Source: Macrostomum lignano
Lineage: Eukaryota
Reading direction: 5' to 3'
Assembly: GCA_002269645.1 (NCBI GenBank)
Contig: NIVC01003608.1
Coordinates: 1-64,000 of the forward strand
Length of the DNA stretch: 64,000 nt
A program made the position numbers and the translations under genes. Shown here one piece after another: positions 55,701-64,000 of the stretch. The notes under the pieces are model-generated. The model was not told the origin of the DNA, ran no database searches, and saw only the letters and a program-made list of their open reading frames with translations. The first letter of the stretch is position 1. Every line of letters starts with the position of its first letter.

Positions 55701-57706
55701 GGCACCGACATAGAGTTGGCCGCCCTGTTGAGTTCGTTGAGCAAGCAGCAGCTGCCAACTCCTACGATCGCTGATGTTGGCGTTGAATTTGAGCACACTG
55801 CGGGAGTGGGAGGTGGGACTTTGAGTTTCGGGTGAGATTTTTTAGACTGTGAGAGTCTGGGGTGAGATGTTTTAGACTGAGAGAGTCTGGGGTAAGATTG
55901 TTTAGACTTTGAGAGTCTGGGGTGAGATTCTTTAGACTGAGAGAGTCTGGGTTAAGATTGTTTAGACTGTGAGAGTCTGGGGTGAGATTGTTTAGACTGT
56001 GAGAGTCTGGGGTGAGATTCTTTAGACTGAGAGAGTCTGGGGTGAGATTGTTTAGACTATGAGAGTCTGAGGTGAGATTGTTTAGACTTGAGAGTCTGGG
56101 TGAGATTCTTTAGACTGTGAGAGTTTGGGGTAAGATTGGTTAGACTGTGAGAGTCTGGGGTGAGTTTATTTAGACTGTGAGAGCCTGAGATGAGATGCTT
56201 AGACTGTGAGAGCCTGAGGTGAGATTCTTTAGACTGTGAGAGTTTGGGGTGAGATTCTTTTGACTGTGAGAGTTTGGGGTAGGATTGGTTAGACTGTGAG
56301 AGTCTGAAGTTAGATTCTTTAGACTGTGAGAGTCTGGGTGAGATGCTTTAGACTGTGAGAGTCTGGGGTGAGATTTTTTAGACTGTGAGAGTCTGGGGTG
56401 AGATTGTTTAGACTGTGAGAGCCTGAGATGAGATTCTTTACACTGTGAGAGTCTGGGGTGAGATGCTTTAGACTTTGAGAGTCTGGAGTGAGATTCTTTT
56501 GACTCTGAGAGTTTAGGGTAAGATTGGTTAGACTGTGAGAGTTTAAGGTAAGATTGGTTAGACTGTGAGAGTCTGAGGTGAGATTCTTTAGACTGTGAGA
56601 GTCTGAGGTGAGATTCTTTAGACTTGAGAGTCTGGGTGAGCTTTTTTAGACTGTGAGAGTCTGGGGTAAGATTGTTTAGACTGTGAGAGCCTGAGATGAG
56701 ATTCTTTAGACTGTGAGAGTCTGGGGTGAGATTGTTTAGACTGTGAGAGTTTGGGGTGAGATTGTTTAGACTGTGAGAGTCTGAGGTAAGATTGTTTAGA
56801 CTGTGAGAGCCTGAGATAAGATTCTTTAGACTGTGAGAGTCTGGGGTGAGATTGTTTAGACTGTGAGATCCTGAGGTGAGATTCTTTAGACTGTGAGAGT
56901 CTGGAGTGAGATTCTTTTGACTGTGAGAGTTTGGGGTAGGATTGGTTAGACTGTGAGAGTCTGAAGTTAGATTCTTTAGACTGTGAGAGTCTGAGGTGAG
57001 ATGCTTTAGACTGTGAGAGTCTGGGGTGAGATTGTTTAGACTGTGAGAGTCTGAGGTAAGATTGTTTAGACTGTGAGAGCCTGAGATAAGATTCTTTAGA
57101 CTGTGAGAGTCTGGGGTGAGATTCTTTAGACTGTGAGAGTCTGGAGTGAGATTGTTTAGACTGTGAGAGCCTGAGGTGAGATTCTTTAGACTGTGAGAGT
57201 CTGGAGTGAGATTCTTTTGACTGTGAGAGTTTGGGGTAAGATTGGTTAGACTGTGAGAGTTTGAGGTTAGATTCTTTAGACTGTGAGAGTCTGAGGTGAG
57301 ATTGTTTAGACTTGAGAGTCTGGGGTGAGATGCTTTAGACTGTGAGAGTCTGGGGTAAGATTGTTTAGACTGTGAGAATCTGGGGTGAGATGCTTTAGAC
57401 TGTGAGAGTCTGGGGTGAGATGCTTTAGACTGTGAGAGTCTGGGAGAGTGAGAACAGCTGTGTCCACTCACCAGCGCCGCTCATTACCAGCGTGTCGTTG
57501 CCCTCCACCAAGCTGTAGGTCATTCGGTGCCCATTCAGCAGGCGCCAATTGTCGTTAACTCGTCGCTTCACCGACCTGTCAATCAGACTTTCGCTCACCA
57601 GAGAATTCTCCACGACAACTGACAGGTGAAAGTCTATGGCCGAACTTGGCCTGATGCTGAGCGCAAGCAGCAGGGCTGGAAGAAGAAGTCTTATAAGCAG
57701 TGCCAT
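40774..57706 (-). CDS. Divergent ionotropic glutamate receptor-family subunit (ATD + S1 + M1-M3 + S2 + M4), 12 exons, ~850 aa
   Basis: Exons (minus): 57706-57472, 55797-55654, 54836-54726, 54469-54073, 50761-50585, 49192-48929, 46813-46707, 46635-46542, 45051-44634, 43022-42817, 42663-42500, 41020-40774. Signal peptide; ATD motifs (AIVGVGSC, VRGPISF); S1 (QPFV...GMVLELL, DDGLWG, SRSRVVDF); pore SFLQQG; M3 WWLFTVIIYGAYTGDLTSALT; S2; M4 MEGVGGALII...LACE. All junctions are in phase except exon 4/5. Confidence 0.88.
41825..42500. repeat. 20-bp minisatellite (CACACAACTCA(T/C/G)TC(C/T)CCATT), iGluR intron 11
   Basis: Direct inspection; begins at the donor site. Confidence 0.93.
43180..43810. repeat. 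Polypyrimidine (CT-rich) tract, iGluR intron 9
   Basis: Direct inspection. Confidence 0.9.
44180..44640. repeat. 28-33-bp minisatellite containing the exon-9 splice donor (CACTCACCGGTGTGCTGTCAGCTCCCTT)
   Basis: About 15 units; the most exon-proximal unit overlaps the real ACACCG|GTGAGT donor on the - strand. Confidence 0.93.
45068..45520. repeat. 12-bp minisatellite (GACTCTATGCCA), iGluR intron 8
   Basis: Direct inspection. Confidence 0.95.
45603..46506. repeat. (TCTCAA)n hexanucleotide microsatellite, iGluR intron 8
   Basis: Direct inspection; source of the poly-LN/IE/RL/SI ORFs. Confidence 0.97.
46885..48892. repeat. 20/25-bp minisatellite (CATCAGTAGGGTGTCAGAAT / ...GGAACATCA), 2 kb, iGluR intron 6
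   Basis: Direct inspection; repeated blocks of monomer variants. Confidence 0.95.
49300..50490. repeat. ~55-bp satellite (CTGTGCAGCCAGTTGAACCTCTCCCGATTCTCATAGCCTAGCCCACCACCCCATT), iGluR intron 5
   Basis: Direct inspection; ~21 units. Confidence 0.95.
51225..51720. repeat. Polypyrimidine degenerate repeat (CCCTTCTCCCCTGCCCTCT...), iGluR intron 4
   Basis: Direct inspection. Confidence 0.9.
52406..52775. repeat. 34-bp minisatellite (GAGTGAGTCACGGCACTGA(T/C)A(A/G)GTGAACTGTGTT), ~11 units
   Basis: Direct inspection; each unit has TGAGTCA. Confidence 0.95.
53270..54082. repeat. 17-bp minisatellite (CCCCAATCTA(C/T)CTTGAT) overlapping the exon-4 donor
   Basis: About 45 units; the minus-strand unit ATCAAGGTAGATTGGGG matches the exon 4 end GATCAAG|GTAGAT. 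Confidence 0.93.
54870..55605. repeat. G-rich 20-bp (GAGTGACAGGTTGTGGGTGG) and 27-bp minisatellites, iGluR intron 2
   Basis: Direct inspection. Confidence 0.95.
55830..57450. repeat. ~30-bp minisatellite (TTAGACTGTGAGAGTCTGGGGTGAGATT(G/C)T), iGluR intron 1
   Basis: Direct inspection; source of the spurious 433-aa ORF. Confidence 0.95.
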
Positions 57707-57780
57707 TAGCAGAGCAGCTCACTGTTGAAATGAGAAGTGGTCTCAGGACGGCAGACACCTCGCTTCAAAAGAGCGACTTG

Positions 57781-57897
57781 ATTTATACGCACTAGACAGG
57801 GGACCCTGCATGCACGCCATTGGTTGGGGTTTCGGGTGCCTATTAAACCAAAATTGATACTCATTGGTGCTCTAATAAGAAATTATGACTATTGGTT
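57781..57897 (-). promoter_or_regulatory. Candidate iGluR core promoter: TATA box plus three CCAAT boxes
   Basis: Minus-strand TATAAAT at 57787-57781 (~75 nt upstream of the ATG); ATTGG on the + strand at ~57819, ~57863 and ~57891. Confidence 0.45.
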
Positions 57898-58309
57898 GGG
57901 TAAGATGCCAGCTAAATTCGCAGCAAGGTGTCCATAGTCACCTGGTGCCACCTGTTGAAGGTCCAGAAGCTCCGTCTGGGTGAAGCCGAGTAAGCAACAA
58001 AGTCAGGGCTGATGCAGACACGGGGTTCGACGTGCTGATGAAATTTGGAGGCTTGGCAAGGCTGCACTGAGGTGCATTGCTGATTGGCGCACAGGGGTGT
58101 ATTGAATACACTGGCGCTTATGGGAAAAATCCGACCTTCTGGATGCAGAATGTTCAATATCCGGAGGGCTGGCAGTTGGTTTTTGGTTGCGAAGGTGAAT
58201 AGCGAAAAAGCCAGTGGATAAAAGTTTCCGATGCAACGGGAGTAAAAATATCGCATGCAAACAGTGTTCAAGCTTACTCGTATAAATGAAACCTTAGGAT
58301 TTGGCGTCT

Positions 58310-58758
58310 ATGGGAATTTCCCACAGCAAGGTTTTCCCGCAGGGGTTTTCCAGTGGGAATATCAAGTCAAATTCAGTCGGATTTGAAATCTATTCTATTC
58401 TAGTTCTAACTAGTCTAATCTAGTATAGTCTAGTTCTAATCTAGTCTAGTTCTAATCTAGTTCTAATCTAGTCTAGTTCTAGTCTAGTTCTAATCTAGTT
58501 CTAGTCTAGTCTAATCTAGTCTAGTTCTAGTCTAGTTCTAATCTAGTCTAGTTCTAGTCTAGTCTAGTTCTAGTCTAGTTCTAGTCTATAGTCTAATCTA
58601 GTATAGTTCTAATCTAGTCTAGTTCTAATCTAGTCTAGTTCTAGTCTAATCTAGTCTAGTTCTAGTCTAGTCTAATCTAGTATAGTATATTTCTAATCTA
58701 GTCTAGAAACCTCTGCGGGAAAACCTTGGCGGGAAAACTTCCTGCGGGAAATTCTCAT
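58310..58758. mobile_element. MITE-like element: inverted repeats rich in TTTCCCGC around a (TCTAG/TCTAA)n core
   Basis: Left ATGGGAATTTCCCACAGCAAGGTTTTCCCGCAGGGG is the inverted match of right CCTCTGCGGGAAAACCTTGGCGGGAAAACTTCCTGCGGGAAATTCTCAT. The core at 58395-58706 is a CTAG-rich microsatellite. No TSD resolved. Confidence 0.5.
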
Positions 58759-59424
58759 GATCCCGGACAGTTGCATTCTGGCTAGTGTCATTTGTCTTCG
58801 CTGGTTCTTGATAGAATTTCCATTATATATCAATCTTATAGAGTAGTTAGGCCAGGTAAAATACACGTAAATTCCGGTTCAAAACTGAAGTTGAAGCTGC
58901 CAGTTTCGCGTTATATTTCACTGTTAATTTTAGCTGTAATTTCAACCTCACTGTAAACTGGATCCCCGAGTATTCTCTCGATGATGGAGTCTGGACAATT
59001 TGCATTGCGAAGTCTCACATTGTCTGTAGATTGTCTTCCGCGCGTACGAGCCGAATACTGTAGGGAGAAACGGGAGGATATTAGATTTCCATCAGTTATG
59101 TTGATGAAGGCAAAAGGCTTTGTGTTTTGCATTGTGAATTTGTGATTGACCGCTGGCAAATGACAGGGCTGATGATGAAGAACGAGTACAGGTCGGACGT
59201 TTGATAAATGCAAATCGAATGCGATTTTCGGGGGATTTTTTGCGATTTTCCGAGTTATTCAATCCCCATCCATGCAAAGCTTTGACATGCTGCAAGATTG
59301 ACAACCCAGCGTCTTTTGCTTTGCAATCTTAAAGATTGACAAATATTATTCATCACTTTGAGATCCTCAAGCTTCAAATTTCCTCAACTCATAATCACTG
59401 CTCATAAGGCTTTAGATGCCCCGA

Positions 59425-60130
59425 AAATTCACAATCCACAGCTCCACAATCCTCCCAGCTTCACGATATCCTTAGCTTCACAATCCCCACAGCTTCACAA
59501 TCCCTACAGCTTCACAATCCCTACAGCTTCACAATCCCCACAGCTCCACAATCCTCCCAGCTTCACGATATCCTTAGCTTCACAATCCCCACAGCTTCAC
59601 AATCCTCACAGCTTCACAATCCCCACAGCTTCACAATCCCTACAGCTTAACAATCCCCACAGCTTCACAATCCCTACAGCTTAACAATCCCTACAGCTTA
59701 ACAATCCTCACAGCTTCACAATCCCCACAGCTTCACAATCCTCACAGCTTAACAATCCCCACAGCTTCACAATCCTCCCAGCTTCACGATATCCTTAGCT
59801 TCACAATCCCCACAGCTTCACAATCCCTACAGCTTCACAATCCCCACAGCTTCACAATCCCCACAGCTCCACAATCCTCCCAGCTTCACGATATCCTTAG
59901 CTTCACAATCCCCACAGCTTCACAATCCTCACAGCTTAACAATCCCCACAGCTTCACAATCCCTACAGCTTCACAATCCCCACAGCTTCACAATCCCCAC
60001 AGCTTCACAATCCCCACAGCTTCACAATCCCTACAGCTTCACAATCCTCACAGCTTCACAATCCCTACAGCTTTACAATATCCCCACAGCATCACTATCC
60101 TTACAGCTTCACAATCCCCACAGCTTCACA
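59425..60130. repeat. 17-bp minisatellite (AGCTTCACAATCCCCAC)
   Basis: Direct inspection. Confidence 0.95.
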
Positions 60131-61409
60131 ATTCACAAGCTTTATCATTTTTTTGTTAAAAATCAAGCTGCTAATTTAAACAGCCAAAACAATAAAATGA
60201 AAGAAGTCCAGAGGTGCAGATTCCAAAGGCAGGATTAGTCAATAATATGCTGCAGATTGCACTAATTAGCAATTTCTAATATAAAGTAGGCAGAGGCTCA
60301 CTCAGGCTCTTCACCTGCTAAATATTTATATACTTATTTATAGGCATACACTATCTCAGAACAGGCAGTTGGCGGGCTAGCACAAACAAATATTCCATGG
60401 CGAACAAGTAGAACAGCAAAATCAATAAAAACTTTTCATTTGTTTGCTAAAAATTGCATATTGAAAGCGGAGACACAGGACAAAGAGGCGATTCATTCGT
60501 GACAAAGAATGGTTGCGAGACCGATGTCTGCAACAACAAACAAATATTTATACATCTATAACAATATTGGTCAAATCAAGATTTTCGAGTGGCCCAGATC
60601 ATATTAAATTAATCAATCATAATATAGCTAATACTGTGCAGCCAGAGGCCTGACAGCGACGCAGATACTATAATAACCAAGATGGGTCACTAAGCGCATT
60701 TGCGTGTAAACTACTTTCATTCAGTATATAATGTTAAAATGAGGCGTTTTTTAATCTATTTTAAAAGACAACCCGGGGTTCATTGATTGGCTTTTCAGTC
60801 TTACCCCCACCCTCTCAGCCGAACCCCTCTGCGCGTCTTCCCGCACCAAACCCCTCACTCCTCGCCCCGCCGCCCAATTTTTATTGCCACCCTAGCTCCA
60901 GCGTAAAAAGCTGGCATGTACAATTGTACATTTCTGTGACGCGGGCTAATGTACATTGCGGCTAAATTGACCCTATAGCAAGCTGTTTTACGCCTGCTTG
61001 CTTTCTTTCTAAACCTAATCAAATTAATTTCAGCTGCCTCTCTGCATAAAATAGCATATGTATTCTTACTGGCTACTGAACTGAAAGTAGAGAAACTGCA
61101 TATTCCTAAGTGGTTTATCTAATTATTATAGTTTCTATAGATAGATTAGCGAGCGCCGCATGAATGGCATGGCCATCTAGATAAATATAAAATCAACTAC
61201 TGCGGTAAGAATTAATTGGTAGCTATAATGTAGAATTAAAAAATGGGTGAAAATAGAACAGGTTTTTACTAGGGGGCTAGCTTATGTAAAATATTGCATT
61301 AGTAAAATTAGTTAAATTAAACTAATTCTTATTGCACATTTTTTGAGTGAGTATAAAATATATGACGAAATACATTATTGTTCGCGAGCTTTAACATTTC
61401 ATAGTCAGT

Positions 61410-61577
61410 ACTGAGGGGTCAGGGTCTGTGGGTCAAGATTAATGGTTCAGGGTCAATGGGTCAAGGTAAATGAGTCAAGATCCAAGGGTCAGAGTAAATG
61501 GGTCAAGATTAATGGGTCAGAGTAAATGGGTCAAGATTATTGGGTCAGGATCAATGGGTCAATGTCATGGGGTCAAG
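61410..61577. repeat. Degenerate ~14-bp repeat built on GGGTCA
   Basis: ATGGGTCAAGATTA / ATGGGTCAGAGTAA-type units. Confidence 0.75.
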
Positions 61578-62391
61578 CGAGCAGAAGTGCCTATGGGAAC
61601 CATCTGCCTGCAGCTGCAGTTGGGCGATCCAGCGCGCAACGCAGAACAGTCAGAGAAGCGCCAAGCGGTCTCGCATGCACAATCAGTAGTATATGATGCA
61701 TAAATAGCAATAAAAACTATTTGGTAATGAAAATAAATAAAAAGCGGTCAATTGAAAGCGATTAAGGCTACACAGAATCAAAATTGTCAAAAAGCCAGTG
61801 AAATTACTGACCAACAACAGAATTATAGGATTTGCAAAATAACCTATAAGTATAAAAATAGCAAAACATTTGCGTGTAGATATAAGTATACTATAATGTC
61901 TGTTTTCTATATATTCAGAAAATGTTTCACTTCCAATTAAAAAGATCAATTTGGGAAATTCCTCTAGTTGGGAAACCGTAAGCCATAGTTTATAATAGTG
62001 TGATTATAAAAAAACAAATCACTAAGCATATACATAAGCATCTAACGTATATATATATCTATCTATATTGCACAACAACAATAATGCGAAAACAGGCGGC
62101 AATCTCCAAATAAAAAAGCAGTAAAAAGAGGACAGTTCAGAAACTGCGCTGTAAAAAGTCAGTTGGTTAAAAAAGAGTAAAGACTCGAAACACACGGAAC
62201 TACGCCAGCTAAAAATAAATACAGAATCGTGCCTATTGCAAAGTCCACCATATAGTGCTAACAGAGATGCACAAGAGTCCGCTAAATAATGCTGGTGTAA
62301 AATATTTTATTACAAACGATTAGAGCATTGCTTTGATCAATTTTGCTAAGTGGCGTAGCATACTGTAAGCACTTGGGAGCCGTGTCAATAT

Positions 62392-62790
62392 AAACAGCCA
62401 ATCAGATTGCAGTGAGGGATTCTGACAGCCAATCAGATTCCAGTAAGGGATTCTGACAGCCAATCAGATTGCAGCGAGGGATTCTGACAGCCAATCAGAT
62501 TCCAGTAAGGGATTCTGACAGCCAATCAGATTGCAGTGAGGGATTCTGACAGCCAATCAGATTGCAGTGAGGGATTCTGACAGCCAATCAGATTGCAGTG
62601 AGGGATTCTGACAGCCAATCAGATTGCAGTGAGGGATTCTGACAGCCAATCAGATTGCAGTGAGGGATTCTGACAGCCAATCAGATAGCAGTGAGGGATT
62701 CTGACAGCCAATCAGATTTCAGTAAGGGATTCTGACAGCCAATCAGATTGCAGTGAAGGATTCTGACAGCCAATCAGATTGCAGTGAGGG
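62392..62790. repeat. 31-bp minisatellite (GATTCTGACAGCCAATCAGATTGCAGTGAGG), 13 units
   Basis: Direct inspection. Confidence 0.95.
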
Positions 62791-63340
62791 ATTGGTGACT
62801 CTGGGACAAAGGGCAAAGGTTGCTGATTCCGTGAGCCAATCACATTGCTACCAAAAGTAAAATCTGATTCATGCAACATTCGCGGAGCAGCAAAAATTGA
62901 AAGAGCGGACAGAACTCGTTAGCCAGAAATTCGAACAAAATCGAGCGTCAAAAGCGCAAGCAGCGGCTCTACAGGACAGAAGCAAGTTAAAGCGAGCTTT
63001 ATAAATAGCGAACCCTACAGCTTACACATACACATAATGATATGACACCACAAAGTGCTATTGTTCGAATCAGGCAATAAATCATAATTTATCAAACAGA
63101 CTGAGACGAATAAAAGTTGAATCGTTTAAAAATGTCAGAAAAAGATCAGCGTGATAATATTAATAATAACAATATAGTAACTAATGCAGAATAAACAGAG
63201 TCAGCTATATTAGTTGGCTGCCTTAGCCGTGTTCGAGATACAGCTCGAGAGTGACACACGCCGCGATGGGGAGGCGGGTGAGGGGAAGCAGATTATAGGG
63301 ACCCTTTAACTAGCGAACTCAACCCGTTCTCCAAATCCCT

Positions 63341-63732
63341 TCAATTAGTCGGCGACGCAGCGGCGGCAGCCGCCGCGCACCACGCGTTGGGATTATAATC
63401 CTCATTGTAGAAGGAGAAGTTGGCAAACTCCTCCTGTTGAATGGCCTGCACCGTGTCCGCATCGATCGGGGTCAGGCGGGCCTCTTCGCTGGTGAAGTCC
63501 CGGTCGAAGTTGCTGGTGTCCGTGCGGCCGCGCACCTTCGCTTGAACGGCGGCTCCACGCCGAGCGCCTCCAGGGCCTCCCAGTCGATACGGCCGTGGAA
63601 GAACTGGTGGGTCATCACCGCTTTTTCGCGGCCCTGCGCCGGGTCGCAGCCGAGTCGGCGGGCCGGCTTCTTGGCTAGGAAGCCTTTGAGTATGGAGACG
63701 GCCTCACGGGACAGCCACACTGGGTACAGCAC
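63341..63732 (-). CDS. PRKCE: Terminal exon of a novel-class protein kinase C (PKC epsilon-like): end of kinase domain and AGC C-tail; rest of gene lies outside the window
   Basis: Acceptor CCTCGCCCAG| at 63732, then [29 protein letters not shown]...HQFF...IDWEALE...PPFK. After a 1-bp deletion at ~63540 it continues [P][26 protein letters not shown]...[11 protein letters not shown], with turn motif LTP and hydrophobic motif FxxFSF (Ser, so not an atypical PKC). Confidence 0.85.
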
Positions 63733-63759
63733 CTGGGCGAGGAGGGGTGCATGGGTGGT

Positions 63760-64000
63760 TGGATAGATAGATAGAGGGATAGATAGATAGATGGATGGAT
63801 AGATAGATAGATAGATAGATAAAGGGATAGATAGATAGATGGATGGATAGATGGATAGATAGATAGATATATAGATAGATGGATGGATAGATGGATAGAT
63901 AGATAGATAGATATATAGATAGATGGATAGATAGATGGATGGATAGATGGATAGATAGATATATAGATAGATGGATGGATAGATAGATAGATAGATATAT
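63760..64000. repeat. (GATA/GGAT)n microsatellite in the PKC last intron
   Basis: Direct inspection. Confidence 0.95.

Noticed and set aside
63230-63315. Possible Helitron 3' end (AGGG-A-CCCT hairpin then CTAG) just after the PKC stop
   Set aside because: The hairpin is very short, CTAG is followed by C rather than T, and no matching 5' TC end could be identified.

Overview
Eukaryotic (animal) genomic DNA. GC/CpG-rich exons sit in introns packed with micro- and minisatellites; this style, plus the RTE-like LINE, suggests a flatworm such as Macrostomum (inference). I can build six protein-coding loci by hand from GT-AG splice sites. (1) A C2H2 zinc-finger protein with acidic and Q/H/A-rich regions (-, 43-3462, three apparent 1-bp deletions). 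(2) A 3-exon NPY/NPF-like neuropeptide precursor ending RVRM-G (+, 17014-17880), not visible as one ORF in the track. (3) A 7-exon CCDC170 orthologue (+, 19082-25962). (4) A single-exon 62-aa secreted precursor predicted to release FIHIHF-amide (-, 28646-28834). (5) A 12-exon divergent ionotropic glutamate receptor-family subunit with a degenerate M3 gate (-, 40774-57706). (6) The last exon of a novel-type PKC (epsilon-like; -, 63341-63732). Mobile DNA includes a decayed mariner, a dead RTE-like RT fragment, a TSD-flanked retroposon with a nested hAT-type MITE, and a head-to-tail run of three non-autonomous Helitron-like elements (32751-40316) carrying an STPR-repeat exon, tRNA-like cassettes and internal satellites. 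Most long ORFs in the track are artefacts of tandem repeats. The most promising leads are the two peptide precursors, the unusual iGluR, the Helitron concatemer, minisatellites that multiply splice sites, and satellites built on CRE, AP-1, CCAAT or kB-like motifs. All alignments and counts were done by eye.
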